Source: an uncultured bacterium (GTDB taxonomy: Bacteria > Babelota > Babeliae > Babelales > Vermiphilaceae). From it: a DNA stretch of 64,000 bases. A program made the translations under genes and the position numbers. The stretch lies in NCBI GenBank assembly GCA_963727255.1, contig CAVSFC010000001.1, positions 14,454-78,453 of the forward strand, in the 5' to 3' direction. Positions 20,250 through 29,654 of this stretch are shown piece after piece (the stretch's first letter is position 1; each line of letters starts with the position of its first letter). The notes under the pieces are model-generated. The model was not told the DNA's origin, ran no database searches, and was given only the letters and a program-made list of their open reading frames with translations.

Positions 20250-20936
20250 TTAATCTATTAATGCAAAATCAACTGCAGCTGATGTTTGAAGCTGAACCGG
20301 ATCAATAATAGGCAACGCTGAATTGCTTTGATTCACAACCAGAGGATACTCAGTGCAACCCAAGACAACCGCATCACAATCTTTATGCCGGGCAATTAAA
20401 GCACCAAAATAGTTTCTTGATTCTTGAGTCACATTATTTTGCATCAACTCGCCATGAATTCTTTGCATCTCATTGCGCTCTTCCAGATTTGGAATTACAA
20501 CCGTGATGCCATTATCTTCAAGTTTTTTGGCAAAAAAACCATCTTCCATCGTAAATTTGGTTGCCAGTAAAAGCACTTTATTAGAGTTTTGCTTTTTAAT
20601 GTGTTGAGCCACCAAATCAACCGCATGAAATACCGGAATAGAAGAATTAAGATCAGCTTTGATCATGTCATAATATTTATGCAAGCTGTTGCAACAGATC
20701 ATAATGCAATCAGGATTTAGATTTATAAGCTTTTGCAATTCGCGTTTTAATGCTGCGGCTGTTGCACCATGATCTTGGCCATATGTGCTCATAATATCAT
20801 GATAATCGACGCTGCTTAGAATAATTTTTGCACTATGATAACCGCCCAAGCGTTTGTTCATCTTTTCATTTAATAGTGTGTAATAGCCAATGGTTGATGA
20901 CCAGCCGGTGCCGCCTAATAATCCAATTGTTTTCAT
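20250..20936 (-). CDS. Aspartate/glutamate racemase family protein
   Basis: MKTIGLLGG, CCNSLH and LGCTEYP (two-Cys racemase). Confidence 0.93.
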   Translation of the reverse strand: MKTIGLLGGTGWSSTIGYYTLLNEKMNKRLGGYHSAKIILSSVDYHDIMSTYGQDHGATAAALKRELQKLINLNPDCIMICCNSLHKYYDMIKADLNSSIPVFHAVDLVAQHIKKQNSNKVLLLATKFTMEDGFFAKKLEDNGITVVIPNLEERNEMQRIHGELMQNNVTQESRNYFGALIARHKDCDAVVLGCTEYPLVVNQSNSALPIIDPVQLQTSAAVDFALID

Positions 20937-21009
20937 GTGTGATCCTGTAGTGTAATAATGTTTATATTGCTTTGTTTATGTTTTTAATAAAGTTTACTAC
21001 TTCTTTTGA

Positions 21010-21630
21010 TTACGGACACCAGCTATCATCATATCGATATCGTTTTTCAGATGCTTTTTCTTTGGCTTCTCGAGCCTCACGATTCTTCTTGGATGAAAAA
21101 AGTTGCATTCCTACCGGAATATCCTTTACCCCAGTTGTTGTAAGGAGAACATGATCCCAAGAAGCATGGTAATGCATATAAATATCCATACAGCGCTTAA
21201 CAACTGAACTTTTAGTATAAAGCTGCTCGATTTCTTTGTGTCTATCCTGTCCTTGATATTTTAATTTCTCATTTAATTTTTCATTAAGTTCTACGGGCAG
21301 CTTTTTAACCTGTATTAATATCGGCGTAATACGGAGCTGCTCATTTTCCTGAGTAATGGTTGCAATTTTATTGAGGGTGGTTATCGCGGTAAAAAGATCA
21401 AGTTGCTTTTCCAGCGGAGCATTCACCATATCAGTATATTTATTAAGGCTTTCATGAGGAAATTGGGCATCAATTTTTTGAGCCAGAAGATCGCACTGCT
21501 GATTGCGCACGGATGCAATTTCTCTGATTATTTTCTCGAGACACAATGAAACGAGGGGAGGGATATATCTTGAATTTTGCATTGGATAAATGTTTGAAAC
21601 AAAAAATAAAGGAAGTAGTAAGTATTTCAT
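21010..21630 (-). CDS. Secreted hypothetical protein with BC-box motif
   Basis: Signal IYP-MQ followed by PLVSLCLEKI. Confidence 0.7.
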   Translation of the reverse strand: MKYLLLPLFFVSNIYPMQNSRYIPPLVSLCLEKIIREIASVRNQQCDLLAQKIDAQFPHESLNKYTDMVNAPLEKQLDLFTAITTLNKIATITQENEQLRITPILIQVKKLPVELNEKLNEKLKYQGQDRHKEIEQLYTKSSVVKRCMDIYMHYHASWDHVLLTTTGVKDIPVGMQLFSSKKNREAREAKEKASEKRYRYDDSWCP

Positions 21631-21648
21631 AAACAGCTTTCGTATATT

Positions 21649-22239
21649 TTAATCTGCATGCTCAATCGATTCAAATGCAAACATCTGCCGATCTTCATGC
21701 CAAGTGAAGGTAATAATTGATTCATTGGTTACTTCGGGTAATTGTTCTACATTATGCCCTAGATGAACAAGCAATGAGCGGATTGCTCCTCCATGAGTCA
21801 CCACGGCAATACGCTGGTCTTTGTGTTTTTGTGCGATTAACAGGAGATAGTTCATAACGCGTTCTATTACTTTATCGCGGGGTTCTGCACCAATTTCTTC
21901 TGGCAATGTTAGCCAATCAAAATGTCCATAAAGATCGTGCCATTCTTTTTTTGTAAGCCCTTCCATTTTGCCATAATGTCCTTCGCGCAGATCAGCGGCA
22001 CTAATGATCTCTAATGTAAAAAGAGTGGCAATTGCATGCGCCGTTTGATGCGCTCGTTGCAAATCTGATGAATAAAGGGCATGCAAAGAGACGTGTTTCT
22101 TCTTAAGAAACTGCGCCACTTTTTGTGCTTGTGCTTTTCCGGTTGCATTCAATGGAATATCCGCGTGGCCCTGTATTTTACCCGCAAGATTCCAATCAGT
22201 TTGACCATGACGAATAAGATATAAGGTAGTTGTACTCAT
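21649..22239 (-). CDS. Histidine phosphatase (paralogue of 1950..2540)
   Basis: LIRHGQTDWN and VTHGG motifs. Confidence 0.93.
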   Translation of the reverse strand: MSTTTLYLIRHGQTDWNLAGKIQGHADIPLNATGKAQAQKVAQFLKKKHVSLHALYSSDLQRAHQTAHAIATLFTLEIISAADLREGHYGKMEGLTKKEWHDLYGHFDWLTLPEEIGAEPRDKVIERVMNYLLLIAQKHKDQRIAVVTHGGAIRSLLVHLGHNVEQLPEVTNESIITFTWHEDRQMFAFESIEHAD

Positions 22240-22310
22240 ATGAAAATCCTCAATGTGTATATTTTATGCATTGCATTTATGAACAAGAAATTTCTATATC
22301 AGGCAAATGG

Positions 22311-22610
22311 CTAATCAGGATGCGGCACAATCGCAATAATTGTAAGCTGACGTTCTTTAGGTCCATAATACCAAAATATTCGATATGCCCTGGGAGTCTT
22401 TTGTTGTGCGTATGCTTCAAAAACTTTTTCTCCTCTTGGCCCCTTTAATGCAGTGTACTCGTGCGTATTTAGAGATGGATGCCTTAAATTTACTTCCATA
22501 AGGCCTAATGTCTTGCTTACTGCTTTATAAATTTTGATTTGTGAAGGATCATTTTCAAGCTCATCGAGACTATCATTTGCCTCATCAGAAAACACCAATT
22601 CTCTTTTCAT
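22311..22610 (-). CDS. RelE/ParE-superfamily-like toxin
   Basis: 99 aa; FSDEANDSLDEL, HPSLNTH, YRIFWYY..LTIIAIVPHP; 4-nt overlap with upstream gene. Confidence 0.7.
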   Translation of the reverse strand: MKRELVFSDEANDSLDELENDPSQIKIYKAVSKTLGLMEVNLRHPSLNTHEYTALKGPRGEKVFEAYAQQKTPRAYRIFWYYGPKERQLTIIAIVPHPD

Positions 22611-22882
22611 TTGGATTTACTTCTCTTAGTTACATGATGGGCAAATGAACCACGGCTCACCCCTGGTGTTTTTTGTTTGAGGCCCCGTTTGATTTTCTCG
22701 AGAATTTCTTTATTTTCGGGCTTAAAAAGCCAAGCTTCGCGAGCAGGAACTTCTACTATAGGTTCTAGAATGATTCGACCATCTTTTTCTTCATGAGCAT
22801 AAAAAGAAGACGCAATTTTTTTTGATACTTTAGTAAGCGATATTCGATTGCGAGAATCCACCTTTACTGAAACTTTTTTCAT
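22607..22882 (-). CDS. AbrB/MazE-like antitoxin
   Basis: Probable start 22882 (AGGAG RBS); VDSRNRISL..DGRIILEP..REAWLF; coupled to the toxin gene. Confidence 0.7.
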   Translation of the reverse strand: MKKVSVKVDSRNRISLTKVSKKIASSFYAHEEKDGRIILEPIVEVPAREAWLFKPENKEILEKIKRGLKQKTPGVSRGSFAHHVTKRSKSK

Positions 22883-22940
22883 AAAAATACTCCTAAAAAA
22901 GTTAGTTATTTTAAACAATATCATAAAAGTGGGATTTGTG

Positions 22941-23816
22941 TCAAATGGGTAAATGGGTATTTATCACTTCATCAATAATGCGCCAGCACTCTTTGCCCTC
23001 AATGTTATTTGTTTCGCAAAGACCTGCTGCAACAATTAATGCTTTCCATAATGTCCAGCCGCGTCCGCGAGCCCAGGTTCCTTCATCAAGATCAAGCGTT
23101 GAGCGGAAAACTTCTCGGGTTTCGCCTTTGAAGAGGGTCCATGCAATTGCCAGATCACAGGCAGGATCGCCAATTGCTAATCCACCAAAGTCAATGACCG
23201 CACTTAATTGGCCGTTTTGCACGAGCAAGTTGCCAAGGCTAATATCACCATGAACCCAAACAGGCGGCCGGTTCCACTGCGTTGCAAGTGCTGCTTCCCA
23301 AACTTGAGTTACTGCAGCAACATCGATCTTATCATTCAAGATAGCAATTGCTTGCCGTGTTTCATCATCATAGATTGTAAGAGGGCCTCCGCGATCGGTA
23401 GTTGATCCTGGTACCGGACCATTGGTAGGATCAATTTTTTGAAGTGCAACAAGAAACTGCGCAAGACTTTTTGCGAAATCATTTGTATTAGTTATTTGAG
23501 CATAACCAGCAGCTTCGCCCTCAAGCCACCGATAAACAGACCAGTGCCATGGATAACCATACCCTGGCTCGCCAATCACTAAAGGAATGGGAATTTGCAG
23601 TGGCAATAACGGAGTCAAAATTGGTAGCCACTTATGCTCTTTTTCAACTTTCGGCGCATATTCCTGGCCACTTGGCATACGCACCAGCATTGTATCACCA
23701 AGATGGAAGGTTCTATTATCCCATCCGCCCTGAGCAACCGGCTTTACCTCCAAATGTTTCCATTGGGGAAATTGAGAATCTATGAGCTTCCGCACAAGTT
23801 CAGTATCTATGATCAT
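22941..23816 (-). CDS. Aminoglycoside phosphotransferase (paralogue of 2918..3805)
   Basis: WVHGDISLGNLL and VIDFG motifs. Confidence 0.93.
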   Translation of the reverse strand: MIIDTELVRKLIDSQFPQWKHLEVKPVAQGGWDNRTFHLGDTMLVRMPSGQEYAPKVEKEHKWLPILTPLLPLQIPIPLVIGEPGYGYPWHWSVYRWLEGEAAGYAQITNTNDFAKSLAQFLVALQKIDPTNGPVPGSTTDRGGPLTIYDDETRQAIAILNDKIDVAAVTQVWEAALATQWNRPPVWVHGDISLGNLLVQNGQLSAVIDFGGLAIGDPACDLAIAWTLFKGETREVFRSTLDLDEGTWARGRGWTLWKALIVAAGLCETNNIEGKECWRIIDEVINTHLPI

Positions 23817-23818
23817 AA

Positions 23819-24652
23819 CTATTTATCGTCATTTTCTAATTTAGATGTATCAAATCCCCATTTTGCGCACAAGCCATGTAATGCAAGCATAGCGCTCGAA
23901 TAGCCTTTACAGCTATAGATCGCTCTCAAATCTGTTTCTAATTTATCATTGCCATGCGCCATTTCTGCAAAAAAATCAGGGCCTTTTAATAGATTCATCT
24001 GATATCTATGAGTGTTATACATATGATCTTGAATTCTGGCAACTTCATCGGCAGTCAAAAGGGGATTAAGTGAAGGCTTTTTTTGAGCCGCTTCAAGAAG
24101 CGTTTTGAATGCTTCAACTATTTTTGAATCAACATCATAATCAGCAGTGCTGTATACATTAACTATCACCGGCCTTTCAAGATTTTTTGTTTGCTCTGTT
24201 CTAATAAAACCTACGTTTGCAAATTTATCATTTAATAATGTTTGATGCCACGCAATTCCCTGTTCTTTATCCACGTTGCCATTCCAAGGAATGAATTGTA
24301 AGAGTTTATGAAAGGATGCTGATTGCTGTGTCAAGACATCGCAAGCATAGCGATGCGATTTGCTCGCACGATCTTCTTCGTTATCGATATCTTCCATCAC
24401 TTTGCAAAAATCCGTTGGTTTAAAATTGGTATCATGGGCAGCTTGTGTGCACAAATGAGAAAAAAGTCCCCTTTGTATTGCTATAAGAGTATTTGATTGC
24501 GGGGATATATCTCTAAAACAATCGATCACTTCTGGTGAAGATGCAAGTGGCTTATTATAGGTAGCCAAAAGTTGTTCTTTTTTTGCTTCCATAGCCTGAA
24601 GACTAAATATGCTAAAACATGCTAATGCCATTGTACTTTTAATAAGTTTCAT
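23819..24652 (-). CDS. Secreted hypothetical protein (paralogue of 3808..4644)
   Basis: Signal LQA-ME; long identical stretches with the first copy. Confidence 0.8.
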   Translation of the reverse strand: MKLIKSTMALACFSIFSLQAMEAKKEQLLATYNKPLASSPEVIDCFRDISPQSNTLIAIQRGLFSHLCTQAAHDTNFKPTDFCKVMEDIDNEEDRASKSHRYACDVLTQQSASFHKLLQFIPWNGNVDKEQGIAWHQTLLNDKFANVGFIRTEQTKNLERPVIVNVYSTADYDVDSKIVEAFKTLLEAAQKKPSLNPLLTADEVARIQDHMYNTHRYQMNLLKGPDFFAEMAHGNDKLETDLRAIYSCKGYSSAMLALHGLCAKWGFDTSKLENDDK

Positions 24653-24784
24653 ATGAACCTCATGTGATAAAGAATTATTGTTATTCTGAGACTAGCAAAT
24701 ATGATAGCGATTTTTCAAAATTAAATATAGAATAACGCTATTACTGTGCATTTTTTTATATCTTTACTATTCACTGGCTTTCTC

Positions 24785-25315
24785 ATGAGCACTATTACCA
24801 TTCGCCCCTATAACTCTTCAGATTTGTCTATAGTCATCCAAATCTTTAAAGAGGCGGTTGCAGCTATCAATATTCGACATTATACGCCTGAGCAGATTGC
24901 TGTTTGGACCGATATTGATCCTGCCCGCTGGCAAACAAAATTAAAAGAAATGATTGTTTTTGTTGCCGTCCTTCGAGACGCATCTAACGATGCTCCTTCC
25001 AGTCTTCGCCAAGATGCTTCGGCGGACAGGCAGGATGAGCAGCGGATTGTTGGATTTGCTGACATGACTCGGGAAGGTTATCTCGATCATTTATATGTTC
25101 ATAAAGATTACCAAGCTCGATGGGTCTCATTGCATCTTTTTAAAACAATAGAAAAAGCGGCACGCGAACTTGGCCTCACTAAACTTACCACCGATTGCAG
25201 CATCACGGCTAAAGTTCCGGCTGAACGTATGGGCTTTAAAGTGGTTAAAGAGCAGATTGTTGAGAAAAATGGAGTGCAATTTACCAACTATCATATGGAA
25301 AAGAAATTAGTTTAA
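24785..25315 (+). CDS. GNAT acetyltransferase (paralogue of 8929..9393) with in-frame insertion
   Basis: Start 24785 by alignment; 21 extra residues before IVGFAD. Confidence 0.88.
   Translation: MSTITIRPYNSSDLSIVIQIFKEAVAAINIRHYTPEQIAVWTDIDPARWQTKLKEMIVFVAVLRDASNDAPSSLRQDASADRQDEQRIVGFADMTREGYLDHLYVHKDYQARWVSLHLFKTIEKAARELGLTKLTTDCSITAKVPAERMGFKVVKEQIVEKNGVQFTNYHMEKKLV
24968..25045 (+). repeat. Palindromic miniature element(s) inside the GNAT coding sequence
   Basis: GC-rich insert absent from the paralogue; hairpins GCATC-TAAC-GATGC and GTCTTCGCCAAG..CTTCGGCGGAC. Confidence 0.6.
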
Positions 25316-25340
25316 GACAACATTTTAAAGAGGAATCACC

Positions 25341-25886
25341 ATGAAAAAATTATTAATTGCTTTCATGATTGGATTATTACCGGCAGTAATTTCTGCACAA
25401 GAAAAACAAATAAATTGCGATGATCTTGCTGCACATATTGAAGATCGGATTTGGGGGATGGAGCATTACGGAGATGGTAGCGATGCGGGTGTATTTTACA
25501 ATCAAGACAAGAACGGGTTAAAGCGCCTCGCTGTTCATTTTCGTATTAAAACTACCGGACCACTGACGCATTTTCGTTCTATAGATTGTAAAGCAGCAGG
25601 AGAAGAAAATAATCAAAACGCATCCCATAAACTATTTGGCAGCATTGCTCAATTTAAGCAATTTCAGAAAGCACTTGATCAATGCGTAGAAAACTCAGGA
25701 ACTTCTTGCCCTGAAGCATCGCATACTCTGAGTATGCTCCAGGAAAAGATGAATATGTATTCGCAATGTATCGCCTTATTTAAGGAAGGCCAAGCGAGCC
25801 GAGCTGCTGCATTGAAAAAAGATGAAGAAGCAAAAGCAAAAAGAGAAGCTTTTGATAAATTCATTAATGATGTAAATGAAAAATAA
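25341..25886 (+). CDS. Secreted Cys-containing hypothetical protein
   Basis: Signal MKKLLIAFMIGLLPAVISA; tandem paralogue of the next gene. Confidence 0.8.
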   Translation: MKKLLIAFMIGLLPAVISAQEKQINCDDLAAHIEDRIWGMEHYGDGSDAGVFYNQDKNGLKRLAVHFRIKTTGPLTHFRSIDCKAAGEENNQNASHKLFGSIAQFKQFQKALDQCVENSGTSCPEASHTLSMLQEKMNMYSQCIALFKEGQASRAAALKKDEEAKAKREAFDKFINDVNEK

Positions 25887-25904
25887 AGCATTCGAGGAAT
25901 TACT

Positions 25905-26453
25905 ATGAAAAAATTACTCATTGCTTCCATGATTGGATTATTACCTGCAGTAATTTCTGCTTCTGAAAGAAAAATTAATTGCGATGACTTTGCAAAACAT
26001 ATTAAAAATGAGCTTAAGAAGAAAGAACATGGTATGAATGGTTTTTATGGTGCGTATTATTACCAGAAAACAAATTTTTTCGGCATGCCTGTTGGCAAGC
26101 CTGAGCTTTGCACTTCTTATTTCATTAATGGCACATGTGAGGTAACGTATAAAAAAAGAAATTGTAAAGCAGCAGGTGAAGAGGGTGATTCTTATGCAAT
26201 AATACTTTTGCCTGGCAGAATTGCGCTCTTTAAGCAATATCATAATGCTCTTAAGCAATGCGCAGAAACCTCTGAAGACTCCTGCCCATTAGCAGCGCAA
26301 ACCATGCGTAAACTTGAAGAAAAAATGGATATGTGCTCGCAATGCATTGATTTATACAATCAAGGCAAGGCTGAAGCATCAAAAAAAGATAAAGAAGAAA
26401 AAGTAAGAAAAGATGCTTTTGATAAATTAATTAATGATACCAATAAAAAATAG
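25905..26453 (+). CDS. Secreted Cys-containing hypothetical protein
   Basis: Shares INCDD, CKAAGEE and SQCI..AFDK with 25341..25886. Confidence 0.8.
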   Translation: MKKLLIASMIGLLPAVISASERKINCDDFAKHIKNELKKKEHGMNGFYGAYYYQKTNFFGMPVGKPELCTSYFINGTCEVTYKKRNCKAAGEEGDSYAIILLPGRIALFKQYHNALKQCAETSEDSCPLAAQTMRKLEEKMDMCSQCIDLYNQGKAEASKKDKEEKVRKDAFDKLINDTNKK

Positions 26454-26696
26454 AGACCCGCTTTCATAGGGAAATCTCGAAACCTCGCTTGATTTTTGCC
26501 CTGACTGGCTTTATCATTACAATAATGTTCACTTTTATGAGAAGGCACTGTGCCATGAAAACCGTCACTGTTCGAGCATAACTTGCTCACCAATCTTTAT
26601 CGTTAATTATCCTGTTTGTTTCTATTAAAAAAACCAAACACGGCTACCAATTTTCTAATTTATCTTTTCTATTATTTTTGTTTGTGGAGTCATACC

Positions 26697-27221
26697 ATGA
26701 CCAATGTTTTGCTGCAGATTCAAAACATTACTAAAACGTATAAAGTTACCAATAAAACAATTAATGCCCTTAAAGGAGTTTCACTTGATATTTATAATGG
26801 CGAAGTTCTTGGCTTGCTCGGCGTAAACGGCGCCGGTAAATCCACCCTTTCATCTATTATTGCAACACTGCATCCGGCAACAAGTGGCGATATTGTATAT
26901 CAAAACAGCTCTATCTATCATGATCTACCCAGTTTTCGTATGCGCTTAGGCTATTGCCCTCAAAAGCCTAATCTAAATCCAAATCTCACCCTCGAGCAAA
27001 ACTTACTGTTTGCTGGAAGATTGTATGGGATTCAAGATGAGCAGATTGCAGAGCGCATTAGCGTCCTTTCAAAGCGTTTTGGATTAGAAAGCTATCTCGC
27101 TGAAAAAGCAGAAGTTCTTTCGGGCGGCTATAAACAACGCTTTATGGTCGCGCGCAGTCTTATTCATAACCCGGAATTTATTATTCTTGATGAGCCAACG
27201 GTTGGCAGCCGAACCGAGTAG
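26697..27221 (+). pseudogene. ABC transporter ATP-binding subunit, 3'-truncated
   Basis: GVNGAGKST, LSGG, ILDEPTVG, then an unrelated SRTE* end; D-loop and H-loop missing. Confidence 0.85.
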
Positions 27222-27242
27222 AATAATTCGATTGATTTTCAT
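27204..27242 (-). pseudogene. 5' remnant of a MKINRIIL-leader gene
   Basis: ATG at 27242 reads MKINRIILLGSAA, matching the leaders at 28538 and 29488, then runs into the antisense of the ABC gene. Confidence 0.7.
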
Positions 27243-27257
27243 TATCGCTTCTCTACT

Positions 27258-28538
27258 TTATTTTCTTATTTTTATTTTTTCCGTTATTTCCGGCAAGTTC
27301 TTAAGCATTGTAATGAATGTTGTACGATCACTGCCTTTGAGATATACATCAAAGAAATCAACCACGAGTTTTCGGGCAATTTCAATTCCTTTTAATGGAG
27401 CAATTATACCGGAATCTTGCATAGGCATAAGTAAATTAAAATCGCTAAAGGTTGCGTGATCTGCAGTTTTGAAAAGCACAAAATAGGCATCATTACTAAT
27501 ATTGTTAAATAGGTTTTCCATAGACTGTTGAGTCGCAATAACAGATTTATCGACCTCTGCCTTTGTCATATGCATTTTCGCAAGCATTTCATCAGGAGGA
27601 TAATTGCCTAATTCAAATGATTTACTGGCCATCAAGAACATAAATGGCTTATTAAATGGTGCTTCATTATCTTTGCCGTAGAGAGTGCCATCTATATCAA
27701 TACCAACTTTACATCTCGAATCCTTACGACACATTTGGGCTGCAGCAGCACCTCCGAAGGAATGGCCAAATATACCAATATGGGATAGGTCTAATTTAGA
27801 GGTGAGAATTTGTTGTGGATCATGCTTATTGATTTTTTCTAATTCATCAATAACAAATTGCGAATCACGCACCCAGACATCCATTGTTATTGCCAAGTCA
27901 TCTGCTAGAATTTTTGCTTTTTGAGCTTCATCGGTTGGAACTGGCCGGTCAAAAAATGGTGGTTTAGCATCTTTAGGTGTAATTATTTTACCATTAGGAA
28001 AAAGAGTGGCAAAATTATCATAAGGATGATCAATGGCGACTACAATATAACCATGACTAGCCAAATCTTCTAATAAGCTTGTATATGATCTGGTTACATA
28101 ACTTTGCATCCCATGAGAAAAAACAATTACCGGATAGCGAGCTCGGGAAGCAGAAATTGGGCTGTTAAAAATACTATGGGTTTTGATCGGCGCATTAAGA
28201 TAACTCAATTTTTCTAAAGATGTATTCGATTGCTGGCTTATGACTGTTGTTACATGAGGCATGATCTGGGATAAGTAAGGGAAAGGCTTGCCCTTAATGC
28301 TCCGATCGATGGGATACCAAACATTGATCATTAATTCTCGGCAATCGTTTGGATTTAGAGATCTTACCTCTTTGCGCTTTTTATCAATGAGATGATACTC
28401 AGTAGTCCCAACAGAAAATAGGCCCGTAGGCGCCGGCAATTCAATAGATAGTTGCGGCTTGTGCATGCTAAATAGGGTTATACCTATTGCGCTCAAAAGT
28501 GCAGCCGCACTGAATAGAATAATTCGATTAATTTTCAT
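27258..28538 (-). CDS. Secreted alpha/beta hydrolase (PAF-acetylhydrolase-like)
   Basis: PAPTG..VG, FSHG, LASHGYIVVAIDH, GHSFGG and H.TFSD motifs. Confidence 0.9.
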   Translation of the reverse strand: MKINRIILFSAAALLSAIGITLFSMHKPQLSIELPAPTGLFSVGTTEYHLIDKKRKEVRSLNPNDCRELMINVWYPIDRSIKGKPFPYLSQIMPHVTTVISQQSNTSLEKLSYLNAPIKTHSIFNSPISASRARYPVIVFSHGMQSYVTRSYTSLLEDLASHGYIVVAIDHPYDNFATLFPNGKIITPKDAKPPFFDRPVPTDEAQKAKILADDLAITMDVWVRDSQFVIDELEKINKHDPQQILTSKLDLSHIGIFGHSFGGAAAAQMCRKDSRCKVGIDIDGTLYGKDNEAPFNKPFMFLMASKSFELGNYPPDEMLAKMHMTKAEVDKSVIATQQSMENLFNNISNDAYFVLFKTADHATFSDFNLLMPMQDSGIIAPLKGIEIARKLVVDFFDVYLKGSDRTTFITMLKNLPEITEKIKIRK

Positions 28539-28603
28539 TTTTTCCCTTTCTTGCTATGATCCGAATTATAGCATGGGAATAGATATGATTTACAGAGTAA
28601 GGT

Positions 28604-29488
28604 TCAATTTGCTTTAAGCAATACCCTTGCTTCATCTTCTGAAAGCCATTCTTCATGCTCAACAAGATACTTGAGCTGAAATTCAGCAACTTCTTTATCA
28701 AGTTCGCCGGGCATAAGATCAGCACCATTATATTGATATCCCTGGAACGGGATTCCCCGTTTGTGCATTTCTTCTGCCACTTGTTCAACACGTTTCATGC
28801 TATCATCAAAGAAAATAACTAGATCAGGCTTCCATTTTACTCGATCAAGAAAAGTTGCAAGAACTTGGCCTTTTGAAGATGTACTGGTGCACAGTATTCC
28901 ATGATAAAGAACAGGATAGCTGCCATCATCGTCCTTAGGTAATTCATTAAAAATCATGTCAGGGAAATTTGCCTTGCTAAAATCGATACCCAGCTTTTTG
29001 AGTTTATTAAAACGCCACTCTGGCAATGATGGAATTGTAAAAGATCTGCCAGTTTTCAGCGCGGTTAATGCCATAACTTTAACACTGCGATCTTGAAGCG
29101 ATCGTATTATCTCAACTATTTTTGGTTCAATAAGAAGCGGAACTTCTTTCACTTTCCAAATGCTCCAATAATAAGCCTCCGTTTTTGGTGCATTCCCATA
29201 AACGCTAGAGGTTAATTCTAGTAACCACGGGCGATAGGCTTCATTTTCAATAGTTTTAGGGCGGAAGAGTACACTTGCCGGTTCAATTAATGTATCGTCG
29301 ACATCAAAAAGAACGAGCGTATTTTTATCAACTTTATTAAGCACATCGGACGCTTGTGCAAATGAGTCAATTTTTTGAATAGCGCTAGCGGCAATGCAAG
29401 ACTGCGGCTTTTGCATGCAAAATAGGGTTATCCCTATTGCACTCAAAATGGCAGCTGTACTGAGTAGAATAATTCGATTAATTTTCAT
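28604..29488 (-). CDS. DUF2608 family HAD-like protein
   Basis: LVLFDVDDTL, ALTA, GIL..KG, IFFDD; signal peptide. Confidence 0.85.
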   Translation of the reverse strand: MKINRIILLSTAAILSAIGITLFCMQKPQSCIAASAIQKIDSFAQASDVLNKVDKNTLVLFDVDDTLIEPASVLFRPKTIENEAYRPWLLELTSSVYGNAPKTEAYYWSIWKVKEVPLLIEPKIVEIIRSLQDRSVKVMALTALKTGRSFTIPSLPEWRFNKLKKLGIDFSKANFPDMIFNELPKDDDGSYPVLYHGILCTSTSSKGQVLATFLDRVKWKPDLVIFFDDSMKRVEQVAEEMHKRGIPFQGYQYNGADLMPGELDKEVAEFQLKYLVEHEEWLSEDEARVLLKAN

Positions 29489-29654
29489 GGTTTCCCTTTC
29501 TTTCTATGATCCGAATTATAGCATGATAAAAGGCACAATTTACAGAGTTATTGTCGAATACTGCTTTAAAGCATAGGATTTCATAAAAGAGAAAGATACG
29601 ATATATTGTAAGAATATCTAAACCTTGTTTTTTCTATGAATAAAAGTAAACAAA

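Noticed and set aside
26454..26696. Intergenic stretch with minus-strand ORF 26360-26593
   Set aside because: Overlaps a real gene antisense and has no RBS or motif.
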